Program-made: the position numbers and the translations under genes | The notes under the pieces: generated by a model | Seen by the model: only the letters and a program-made list of their open reading frames with translations | The model's database searches: none | Told to the model about the DNA's origin: nothing | Assembly (NCBI RefSeq): GCF_035084215.1 | Contig: NC_090357.1 | Location: forward strand, 7,440,001 to 7,504,000 | Source of the DNA: Heptranchias perlo | Taxonomy: Eukaryota | Direction: 5' to 3' | DNA: 64,000 bases | Part shown: positions 36,401 through 48,400 of the stretch, in pieces | Layout: the number at the start of each line of letters is the position of its first letter | How positions within the stretch are numbered: position 1 is the stretch's first letter

Positions 36401-39400
36401 TCACCACTGGCGCACCGTGGCTGCAGTGTGTGCTGTCTATAGGTTACACTGCAGCAACTGGCCAAGAATTCTTCACCAGCACCTCCCAAACCCGCAATAT
36501 GAACATTTTGATGCCTTTTATGAAAGTGCAATTTTAACAAATAATTAAAACAACAGACAGACTCGACAGCTACACAGTTGTCAGAAAGACACTTGACATG
36601 CTTGACAGACTCAAAGAATGTTATAAAGATATATGATGTTGAGCACAATTTTCAATGAACCATACCAACAATCTAACAGCTTGTTCGACTTGTGTACAGT
36701 GTTTTTAACGTTACCTCACTGTCATAATCCATGCTGCAAAAAACAGCATTTTGGCGAAACCTTTTAGGCAGTATAACTGGGAAATCATAAAAAAATCTCT
36801 TGAAACATTGAAGGTTTCTTACCAATTAATTCCTCCCTGGAGAGGCCTTGCGAAGTCTCCTTGCTTACAAGTTGTGCGCCTAGTCCTTCTCCCAGTACAG
36901 CCCAGGCATTTAGTCTCTGACACTCGCTTGTGATGGCATCTGACATTTGCAATATCAATGCTTCAACCAGCCCAGCAACTCTGAGAAAGAATATTAAAGT
37001 AAAGTGGAACTCCAAAATCACATTTTTAATGCCTCTTTCATCTTCTTTGGTCCTCGTCGAAGTGAGGGAAACTCATACCGGGAAATGGAACGGTTCCATT
37101 TCAGACGTCGAGTATAGGCCAACTCCTGGTGCAATGCAATGCTCACAGATTCAGAGTAAAGCTTCCTCCACTCTGTCCCAGGAACATGCTTCAACCCCAA
37201 TCTCAGAAGAGTCCCAGTGTAACATTTATTCATTCATTTCTCACTATTAACCATTCTTGGGCCTGTCTGAGTGACAAGCTTGACAGACTCAAAGAATGTT
37301 ATAAAGATATATGATGTTATTAGCTGAATTAGATACTGTAGACCCATGCACACTCGGAACTCAATCGACACTGCTCAACCTCATTTCATCTCAGACTCTT
37401 ACAGAGGACACTTTCATCCCTTCAGTCTGGGCTGGTTTCGAACTCAGGTCCCAGAGGTGAAGGATCAATGTTTAACCCATTGCACCATCTACTTCCCGGA
37501 TATTTAATTTTTACAGAAAATAAATTGTAGCTTTCCGATCAGTGTGAACAGAAAAGTTGTGCAAGCAGCACGCCAATCATCAGATTAATCAGAAAAGAAC
37601 AGCAGATCCTAATTGGTTGAGGTTGAAGTCTTTTCTTCCACATCGTCATGTCCCACACACACTTCATCTTTCACACAGACACTCTCCCCATCTAGGGGAT
37701 AACACATTCTCTTCCATCTCTCGTGAACCTACACTCCTTTGTCACTCACTATCAGCTCGTCTCCTGAATGACTCCTGAAAATACTAATTCAAGCTTTCAA
37801 AAATTAAATTTTTAGACACACGTTGAACTTAAAAAGAACAATGACAGTAAATGCTTCTGGCAAAACCCCCCTTTCTACAATAGCACAAAGGTAAATACCG
37901 CCGATAGTCCGTGGAGTTCGGCAGTGTCTTTGTTTCCTCATTGTCCATGTTGTCAACGTGTTCCTCCAGTAACCGGACCGCTTCTCTCAGGGCTGTGTTG
38001 AACATGACGTGATGTCCTTCTCGGCAGCTCCAGTCGATGTGGAGTAGTTGCTGCTGTTTGTTCTGAATCTCTTCAAACTCTACGGCAATTTGCCTTCGCC
38101 TCTCAACCTCTACCCTGATCTGAAAGAGTAATATAGACATGAGGTCTTCAATTCCAATCCATTCAGGGTTGTGAATTCAAGACACAAGTCTTCAATTTTT
38201 AGAGTTTTCAGCTGAGTTCATGTTGCCTGCAGTGGGTGGCAATCCATTCTATAAAATAAAAACCCTTAGTTACAGTTAGTTCAGGTCAGGGTTTCCCCAG
38301 TTTGTAGTCTGTTATGTAGTGGCAGTTTGAGAAGTGAGTATACTGTTTATCTAGAGGGGCCTGGGGACATGCCCCCTCTGAAAAGTTTCATTTTTGACAG
38401 TTTCCTACATTTGTTAGTAGAATTTATTATATTCACCAGAATCCACTGAGCAGCAAATCACAATCATAAAATACTCGCTTGTCTTGTTCCAAACATTCAA
38501 GCCACTGGATGATTCATCTTGCTGTTTTGCGTCCTTAAAAGCCTATTTGCAAAAAGTACACAAATCTGCAGAAGATCTGAGGGAGAACCCAGGAACTGGA
38601 GAAAGTTTCAGGGAAGAGCTCAGGTGCTAGAGACACCCTAGAGTACAGCTCGAGACCCTGAGGAGGCCTGGACTTGAAGCAGGCCTGGGGAGAGCTTGAG
38701 ATGTGGAGGAGGTCTGGGGGAAGAGCTCAGGACCTGGAGAAGGATGGGAGAGATCAGTGGATCTGGAGGAGGATGGGAAAGATCTTCCAATCTGGAGGAG
38801 GCCTGGGAGAAGGTCGGCACATACAGCATGAGAATTTAGAAGAAGTTGGGCTCCCGAACTGTAGAATAAATTAAAGATTAAAAAAGCAACAGATATTATA
38901 GTCATGAGCCTTACAGGCAAGACAATTTTGGTTGCAGAAACCGATGTCCAATGCAATAAGAAATGTTTGCTGAAGAGACTTGTGTTGGTCCATTGTGCGG
39001 CGATCAAAGTACCACCAATTGAACATGACTCACAAAGCCAGAAAGAGGCATTTGGAATGAGGTGACTGGCACCTGCAAGAAACAAACAAGTCCTCCTACT
39101 GCTCTGTTCCCAACTTCAAAATCTACAATTGTGTGAGAACTGTATGCTGGTGTTTTTAGCAACTGAGAAAATCATACACTTAGCAGAAATTAGAAGCGAT
39201 TGTATGCTGTAAACAGCGTATACACCACTGCTTGCCATCATGCCCTTGAGGTCTTATCTCCTGGTTCAATAAAAAGAATCTTTCTACCTCTTTTCAGTCC
39301 AATTCATCTCAACCCCTGTTGTGACCTGCACTATGGGCCTTGGCTTTTATTTTCACATACACAATATCTTTTGATGGTGCCCATGTTGGACATTTATTGC

Positions 39401-42400
39401 AGTTACAGTAGTTAATACACACTGGTGCACAAGAAATGATGGACGGTGCAATTTGATACTGGTCTAAGACTGTTTGATTTCCAATTGTCATCCACAAAAT
39501 ATGAATGGCCATGTGCAAAGAGTCATGAAAACCAACATATTCACCTTGTGGCACATCTTCTCATACATTTCCATGTCTGTGCTGTTAATAACCATACGTC
39601 TTCCAGCAAAGTTCATTCTCTCCATCCAAAGTTCCTTGAGTGAATCGGTCTCCTTAGCTAATTTTTGATATAATGTCTTCACCTATACAGAACAGATTTA
39701 GAGTATGTTTTTAATTGCTTCACAAAAATGTATTGTTTTTTGTCTCCCAACTTTATGTGCCTTTGCACCACACAGCGTTTCATATCAAAAGGGTGCCCAG
39801 GCAACCTGGGAGGTGCACAAGGTCAGTCCAGGACAATTTGCAACCTAATGATCTTTATTAATGGATAGCCTCATACACTGCTTCTGAACGGCCTCTAACC
39901 CTTCTTCACCTGAAGGCCACACTTGGTCTCGATACCCCGTGTTCAATGCCACAGGAGACTGAGTAGATTGAATTAGATTTTGTTTTGTTTCAAACTTCCT
40001 TTTTAAAAAGCAAAAAATGGTTCTCTTGGCCTAGTCACTCCCCAGCATCTGCAGACGCTGCCATATTGGAATTTGGACTCCAAAGAGCCAAGCTATCATG
40101 CATTTGGTGCACCCCAGTAGAAATCTGTACTCTTATTAAAATGTATAAAATTGCTTATGAAATAACACCTGGTGCTGGAAAAGACAACAAATATGCATTT
40201 GAGGGATTCATTTAGTTAAAAGCTATTAGTGAGCCTACATCATGGTGCACAGTTGCTTTTATATCTTACCTCATTCTTATGTTGACTTAATCTGACTGAC
40301 ACAGCAAGTGACTGTTTCAGCAGAATTTGATAGAATGTGTTGCTGCTAAAGAATTCCAGATCGATTTGTTGCTCATAATCCCAAAATTCATCATTTTTCA
40401 GGATAGAATCTAAAATAAAATAACTTTATTTACTTTTTAAAACATTGCAAACTTGGAAAGATGGAAATATACAGAAGGTCGCAAGATTGTTTCATCCATT
40501 TGCTGTTTGTGGGATCTTGCTGTGCACCATTTGGCCACCATGTTTCCTACATAACAGCAATTCCTCTACTTCAAAGTAACCCCTAGGGTGAAGTGCTTCG
40601 TGATGTTCTGAGACGTGTAAGAAGGCAATCTATAAATGCAAGTCTTTTGTTCTACGTTCGGTTTACATCTTAGAAATATGCTGATGGCCTATTCAAAACC
40701 CAACTGCTCAGTCCAAAATTGGACAGTTTGCAGTCCTTGCAGCTAAATGCCAATCCAACCATAAGGAAAAGTCCTATTATTCATCTAGAATGAATTCTTG
40801 CTATATGGACTACATAACGGTACACCTGTATAGTTGCCATGTCTAATTACGTTCAACTTGGAATAAAAAAGTTTAAACACTCACCTTCTTTTCCTTCTCC
40901 AACCTCTTCATTTTCCTCAGTTTGTTCCTTGAACTGCAAACGGCGATGGAATTTTTTTACAGCAATGATGGTGGCTCCTTTAGAAGAGTAATCATCAAAG
41001 TTGTACGTCTTGTGGAGACTCCTGTACATTGGAGCAATAGGTGCTTTCTCAGGCCAACTGCACTTTCTAAAGAGAAGCTGAAGATTTGAATATAAATGAA
41101 TTTTCCACCACCCCCAATTTTGTCACCCTATCCTTCCTCATCTCCAGAAGACAGTGACTCACCCCGAGGCAGCTCTTCAGTATCAAACTCAAGTGACCAT
41201 TATTCATACAAGAGCTGAGACTCTTTCCAGTAGAGGTCACTGGGAGGTCACTAGACAGCAGTGTGTGTTAATCGTATCACATGGTTTATATCAATTAGTG
41301 TTAATTGTATTCAGGTGGTGTGTGTCAATTGGGGAATGTCTTGTATCCATTTTATATGAGAGCTTATCTAGGGGGTGGTGTGTGCGTGTAAGGGGGGAAT
41401 CTCTGTGAATAAAGGCTTGGAAGCAACTGAAGACCAGGCTCTATCCTTCGCCACCTGGTTATCCAATTTGTAACAGTGTGGAGAGAGGAACTTTGAGCTC
41501 TTCTCTATTCACGAGTCCAAGGAATGCTAAAGTCAATGGCAACACCCCTCACCACTGATCTGGTTAAGATCAGGTAACTTGGCTCCAACCTGGGAAATCA
41601 AGGGTTGCTCGTAGGACATTTCTGCTCCGTGTGGACTTACTATCCATTTAGTGCATTTACACAATGAGATACAGGATACGAGCTTTCACTAAGATTAAAC
41701 TCAACTGTTCTTATACAACGTGCTTTTGTAAATTAACATTATCTATTTTAATCAGAAGGAAATATGGGGAGAAGTTGTGCATCTTTTCCCCAGCTCCATA
41801 TATGTGGAGGATTCAGTCTGTTATGTTAAAAACCCCATTCATATTGGCTTTGTGTGACAAAATCCCCAGTGTTCTCATTCGGTCCAGAAGGAGATTTGCT
41901 AAATTTAGGCCAGTTATACTGGCTACGCGAAATGTAACCAAACTCTTTTAAGGTGCGCGTTGGGATTGCCCTAGAATATATTGCGCAACAACGCCATGAC
42001 ATCATGCACATGTATGAGACGTTCTGAGATAGTAAATCCAGAAATATAGCCGCACTTTAGCCAAAGTGCTGGACAAACTGGCCGAGAACCAGCATCTCCT
42101 GAATTGTGCAATAAATTAACGCTGGGCTCCTTATTTTTAAACTACTCACCAGTAATCCTGCACCGACACCGACCATTATTATGGATGCTATCAGCAAGCT
42201 GCAAATGACGAGCCAATTGGGTTTGAGCCGTAAGTCTGGGGTCCTGCTGATTCCGGTGCGGATTATGTATCTAGGTGTGGTGGGGAAGAAGGGGCCGTCT
42301 TCATAGCACTGGCCCCCAACAGGCATCACTCGGACATACTGAAATAGCAGAAAAAGACATTGACCCGAGTATATCTCTCATCATAAAGTTGAAGTAATCA

Positions 42401-45400
42401 GTGTACATTGTCACCAAAATAGCCACGGAGGGAATCGTGACTTTGGAGTCATGTAAGCTGCTTTTTTACGACACAACTCTTACATTAGTTGTGAATTTGG
42501 GTTGAATGTTCTTTATTTAATCCAAATAACTGAAGAGTGTGAAGGAAAAACAAACTAAATACATTCGGGAACATAACAGCCTTAAACTATATGCCAAAGT
42601 ATATGGGGTGTTAATCCATCTGATTAAGAAGTGTGAACAAAACAACTTAAGTACATTCCAGACTTCCATCTCCTTTTAGCTTGCAGACTTTGCATGACTC
42701 CCGACTGGTGCAAGTTAAAAGGAGTGCAATATTGTAGTAACTCAACATTCAACACATTTAATGCTTCTTCCATCACTCCCCAGTCCCAAAAATAGCAGTC
42801 ACCAAACATTTCTAATTTTTTTTTTATTGCCCATCCCTAATTGCCCTTGAGAAGGTGGTGGTGAGCCGCCTTCTTGAACCGCTGCAGTCCGTGTGGTGAA
42901 GGTTCTCCCACAGTGCTGTTAGGAAGGGAGTTCCAGGATTTTGACCCAGCGACGATGAATGAACGGTGATATATTTCCAAGTCGGGATGGTGTGTGACTT
43001 GGAGGGGAACGTGCAGGTGGTGTTGTTCCCATGTACCTGCTGCTCTTGTCCTTCTCGGTGGTAGAGGTCTTGGTTTGAGAGGTGCTGTCGAAGAAGCCTT
43101 GGCGAGTTGTTGCAGTGCATCCTGTGGATGGTACACACTTGAAGAAGAAACTAGTGGGCCTGAGCTAAAATGGCACAATTTCAGTCTCACTGAAACTCTC
43201 CTTAAAACCTCTCTCTTTGACCAAGCTTTTGGTGACCTGTACTAATATTTCTTTATGTGGCTCGGTGTCAAATTTTTGTCTGATAATGCTCCTGCGAAGC
43301 GCCTTGGGACTTTTTATTATGTTAAAGGCGCTATATAAATGCTGTTATTGCTGTTGTTGGAACAGGCCAGAAAGAAGGAGGTTTGGGAAATGGAAGTCAC
43401 ACTGGTGCCATTGGAGGTGGTCTTCTGAGGGATAGGTTAAGGAGCATTATTGAGGCAAAACCAAGGGAGCATTATTTGGAACATGGCCTTATTATACCTG
43501 AGCGCTTTGATTGCGACACTGAACAACCAAAGTGAAAAGTGTTCCTTTCTCCCTCTTTCTTCTCGATGAGTGGAAAGCTGTGTTCAATCCAAGAAGTTCA
43601 CAACTGAAAAGCTAACTTAATGAGATATGTCATTCATGACAATCTTGCACCATTAAGGATTTAAAGAAATTATGAAACTAGAGAAAGATTATGACCAGTA
43701 AATGGAACACGCACCATCTTTTTGTTGGGGTTGCTGCTCAGTTGGAAGACGTACACACCAGGTTGTGTGAAGCGATATGAGAAGAGCCAGGATGTGCTCG
43801 AGGTGAGTCTCATCTCCTCAATAAGGTCACGGAATCCTCCCCAGTCAAACTCGCTGTTAGTGTTGTAAAGGTTTTCACTAGAAAGAAAGAAAGAGCAATT
43901 ATTTTCTTATCAATTTTCTACTGTTAAATCAAGTACATTGTGGGAAAGATGTTAAACAATAAGATGCAACACGTTACATACATGTCATACACCGGGTAAT
44001 GTTCATTGGACACTGTGAACATGATGATGCTCCCAATGTGGATGCAGGTGGTGGGATTGAAGATGCCTGAAAACCGGGTGCCACTTATAGGAGAATCAAC
44101 GAACTGGCGACTGCTCGACCAACGAGCTTCAGGATCATCAGGACTGAACGATGTCACAGGCAAGGTCATGTTTTCTAAAAGATACAAACACAGTCTGAGA
44201 AAAGAGAAGACTAAAGGGTGACCTGATACAGGTCTTTAAGATGATGAAAGGATTTGATAGAGTAGACGTAGAGAAGATGTTTCCACTTGTTGGGGGAAAC
44301 CAAAACTAGGGGCCATAAATATAAGATAGTCACCAATAAATCCAATAGGAAATTCAGGAGAAACTTCTTTAGCCGAATCATAGAATCACAGACTGATACA
44401 GCACAGAAGGAGGCCATTTGGTCCATCGTGCCTGTGCTGGCTCTTTGAAAGATCTATCCAATTAATTCCACCCCCCCTGCTCTTTCCCCATTGTCCTGCA
44501 AATTTTTCCACTCCTTCCAGTTACGATGAAAGGTCATCAACCTGAAACATTAAAGAGTGGTTAGAGTGTGGAACTTGCTATCACAAGGAATAGTTGAGGA
44601 GAATAGAATAGATGCATTTAAGGGGAAGCTAGATAAGCACATGAGGGAGAAAGGAATAGAAGGATCTGCTGATAAGGTTAGATGAAGAGGGATGGGAGGA
44701 GGCTCGTGTAGAACATAAACGCCGGCATAGACCAGTGGGGCCGAATGGCCTGTTTCTGTGCTGTAGACTCTATGCAATTCTATGTAATAAACTCAAAATT
44801 GAGCCTCACACCAAAGAATAAGTGTGCTTCAGAGAAATTATTTTTTGTGACACAACATGGATTAGCCCAGGTTTAAAAGGACACTGGGAGTGTAATGAGT
44901 CCACAGCAGGAGATGTACAAGTGTAAAATATAGTCGAGTCAAGACAGGTTCAGATTATAATGAGAGAGAAGTGCTGCACAAGTACCTGGAAACACATTTG
45001 AGACTAGCAACGGATGTTGATCCAAGTTCATTAACAGCAAGCTCTTTAACTTCTTGGGATCTGGATCATACACCCCCAGGAAACCTTTTTCTGCAAAACA
45101 CCATGAAGTACAGATATCATTTTCTATCTCCCTGTGCGTCTTGATTCAAAAGTTTGTTCGAAGCACGATTGACAAAACTAAGCATCAGCTATTTGCTATT
45201 TCTCATTAAGGGTATCAGTAATCAATGAAGAGTTCAGGGCTGCTTCTTGTTTAAACAATGATGTATTGTGCACTACACCAATCTCCTCCAGCATGTGTTC
45301 CTAGATCACGTACTATTCTGAATTTATTCCTGTTTCGACCTCCTGACTGCATCAATTAGAAAACAGGGTGAAGAATTTATTGAATGAAATGGAATGGATG

Positions 45401-48400
45401 TGGGCATCATAAAGCAGGCGCTAAATTGGGGTAGAACTTGGATAGCACCAGCCTGTCGCCGTAAACTGGGCACAAAAAACGATCCCTGCGCCAGAGAAGG
45501 TTGGCCCGAGGCCCGATCAAAATTGGGCCCTAGGACTTATTTAAATTAGATGTCCGCAGTGAAGCTGGGAGGAGGGGGAGGCGATTGAGGGGGTGCTGAG
45601 TGGGGGCTGGCAATGGTCTTTGGGACTGTTGTAGAGCTGGGAGAAGCACTCCTGCTTCTCCTGGCTCTACATTCAGGTAAGAATTTTTAAAGAAACTTAC
45701 CTTTTTGATAGCGGCCTCCAGCGGTCCCTTTATGGGCCGTTGGTTTGGCCGCAGATAGAGCTGGTTATCCTGAACACAGCAGGCCTGGCACCGGCTGACT
45801 TCAGGGGAGCCTAATTTTGGGAGGGGGTCTTAAAACAGGCATTAGGCCCCTCGAATATGTTAATGAGGGGGCCTAATGCCTGTTTTAGGCAGCCCGAGGG
45901 ATGCCTGAAAAATCACCTGACCCAATATGGAGTCCGACATATTTCAGGCATCTTTGTGGCATGGGATGTAGCCCTGCAAAATTGGCCCTTTTTGAGTCCA
46001 TTTTCCACCCGGAAAACAGGCATAATGCGGTCCAATTTCTAGGCCATTGTGTCTAACGACTGTGTCACCATCCTCTGTATCACTGCCGTAGCCAACTTCT
46101 TTTCTTTTGAAAGTTTTTTTTAAAAATTACCTTTGGTACAGGTACCTCAACAGGGACCATATGTGCTCACCCCTCCCATGGACAACACCCAACATAAGTG
46201 CAAAGATACAAGCATTTAGCCTTAGCTCATTACCATATTATTTAAATATTAATTTCCCTTCTCAATAAATAAAGAAATATTGCTTATTGATGCAAATCAG
46301 AGCTTTGTTCATATGTTTGTGTTCATGAGGATAAATGGACCCCTTAGTGCACCATAGAAAGAATCAGATTTATTTATTTCTCCATCTTAAAAGCTGAGTT
46401 TTAAGAGAATCCGGTGGTTTTTCTTCTACAATGAGATATGAAAATATGTAATTAAGCGCTCACCAGATGTTTCCACTAAGTGCACTGGCTGAGTGAAGCC
46501 ATATTGTGGGGGACATTGGCTCTCATCGATGGTGTTCCTGCTGTTCAGGACTCTTCCAACGTGGTTCAAAGACACCTCAACCTGCGGAGATGAATTTCCT
46601 TTACAATAAAAATGACCAGGCTTCAGCTTCAAATACCTTCTTCCTCTGTTAACCTCGCACCAAAGTTATTTCATTCCTTTAACTCCTCTCTGTGCTCACA
46701 TTCCTGGCAGGGTTCTGCAGTATTTTAAGCATGGCTAATTTTGTTAAAGCAATGGAATCCGATTCTGAGGAAGAGATTAGGTTCGATCCAGACTTATGTA
46801 CGACACTAGACAATGAGAGCTAAGTAGAGTGAAATTGGGGCCTGATAATGATTTGCATGAGTTGGCATTTCATTTTATTATATCATTAAAGAGGAGATTT
46901 GATTAACGAAGACTTAAAGCTAAAATATTTTCCTAGTTTTCAGGCAGTGTGTACCAATTTCGAATACAAATCCATTGGAGTTTCTAGCTGGGTAAATGCA
47001 ACAATGGAATGACCATCTCTTTGCCCTGTCAATGTTCTTCGCCCGTCTCCTGATGTTGGGGTCAGGCTCCATGAGCAAGGCTGCCCATCAGTCCCGTACA
47101 CCAGTGACCTAGACAGTTAGCATCAGCAGGCTGTGGGGGCATCAAAAATGAGCCCAGTGCTGTCCTTGCTTATGTTCACTGTGTAGCAGGGGTCGCTCAA
47201 TGGAGATCAAGGGGTAGACTTTCTTCATCACCTGGGCAGTAATCTAGCAGAACGGATCGCCCACCCTGTCCGATTTTCATTCAGTTGAAAGGAATGGAGT
47301 GAAAATTGGATGGGTTCTACAATGGGCGGGCGCTCCACTCCACCAGATTACTGCCCAGGTGGTGAAGATGGAAATCTGCCTCCTAACAGGAACCCTGGGT
47401 GACTTATCAACCTCCCACGTACAGAGGTACTGAGACTAATTTTAGTTCCCCCCTCCACCACTGTCTGGCTGAAATCGGCTAACTCAACACAGACCAGAGG
47501 TGGTACTGGAGATTTCCCTGCTCTACCTGAGTCAGTGCAGTTACCAGCTGGTCAATCGAGGAAGCGTTTTCCTTTCAATTACTTTTATTACCTTCAAACC
47601 ATTTCTGTAAGTAATGAGAAACTGAGCTCCTCCTTTGCAGAGTAGCTGCAGTGTGCTGCGCTGTGACCGTCTGCACTCCTGATTGCACACAGAGTCCAAG
47701 CCTTCTGCCCGACAGAGACACAGGCCCAGAACTCCATCGAAACCCTGGTAATCTGCAGGGGAAGTGCAAACCTGAAAAATAACAATACATTCAGTTGCCA
47801 ACAACCTCAGAACGATTAAAACAGCACGGTTATATAAAAAAAACCGAATCGCTCATGGAACTGTTCAATAATAAAGTAGTTTGGGAGTTATTGTTCAAAC
47901 ACAGGGTCTGTCCAGGTCAGTGTGCAAAAGAAAGAGACTTTATCTAGTGCCTCTATACAGCAGTTTATCACCACTCTCAAAAACATCTAAATCTTTACTT
48001 CGAAGAGCAATGACTGTTATGTAGAGATGTTATGAGCAAGTGTCCCACTGACTAATAATACAAGCTACGATGCCAATGGGCCCTTTAACCCCCCCTTATG
48101 ATTTTGCTGGGATTTGCTATTTTTAACACAACTCCATTAATTTGGGAGTGGTGCAGGTAATGGAAAGAAAGTTTAGACATGACAAAAATGGAGGGAACAC
48201 TGACACTAATGGATGGTAATCACTGTTGAGCCCTCATTGGCTTAATCAGATCAAATATCAAAAGAAGGATAGTTACTGAAGGGCCCCATTAAACCCAAAA
48301 CCGCACAACGTATTATTTTCTGCAGATTAATTCCACCAATGATGGTCTGATGGTTATGAGCAAAGTTGGTGTGAACTGAGACGATCTAAAGAAATTATCT

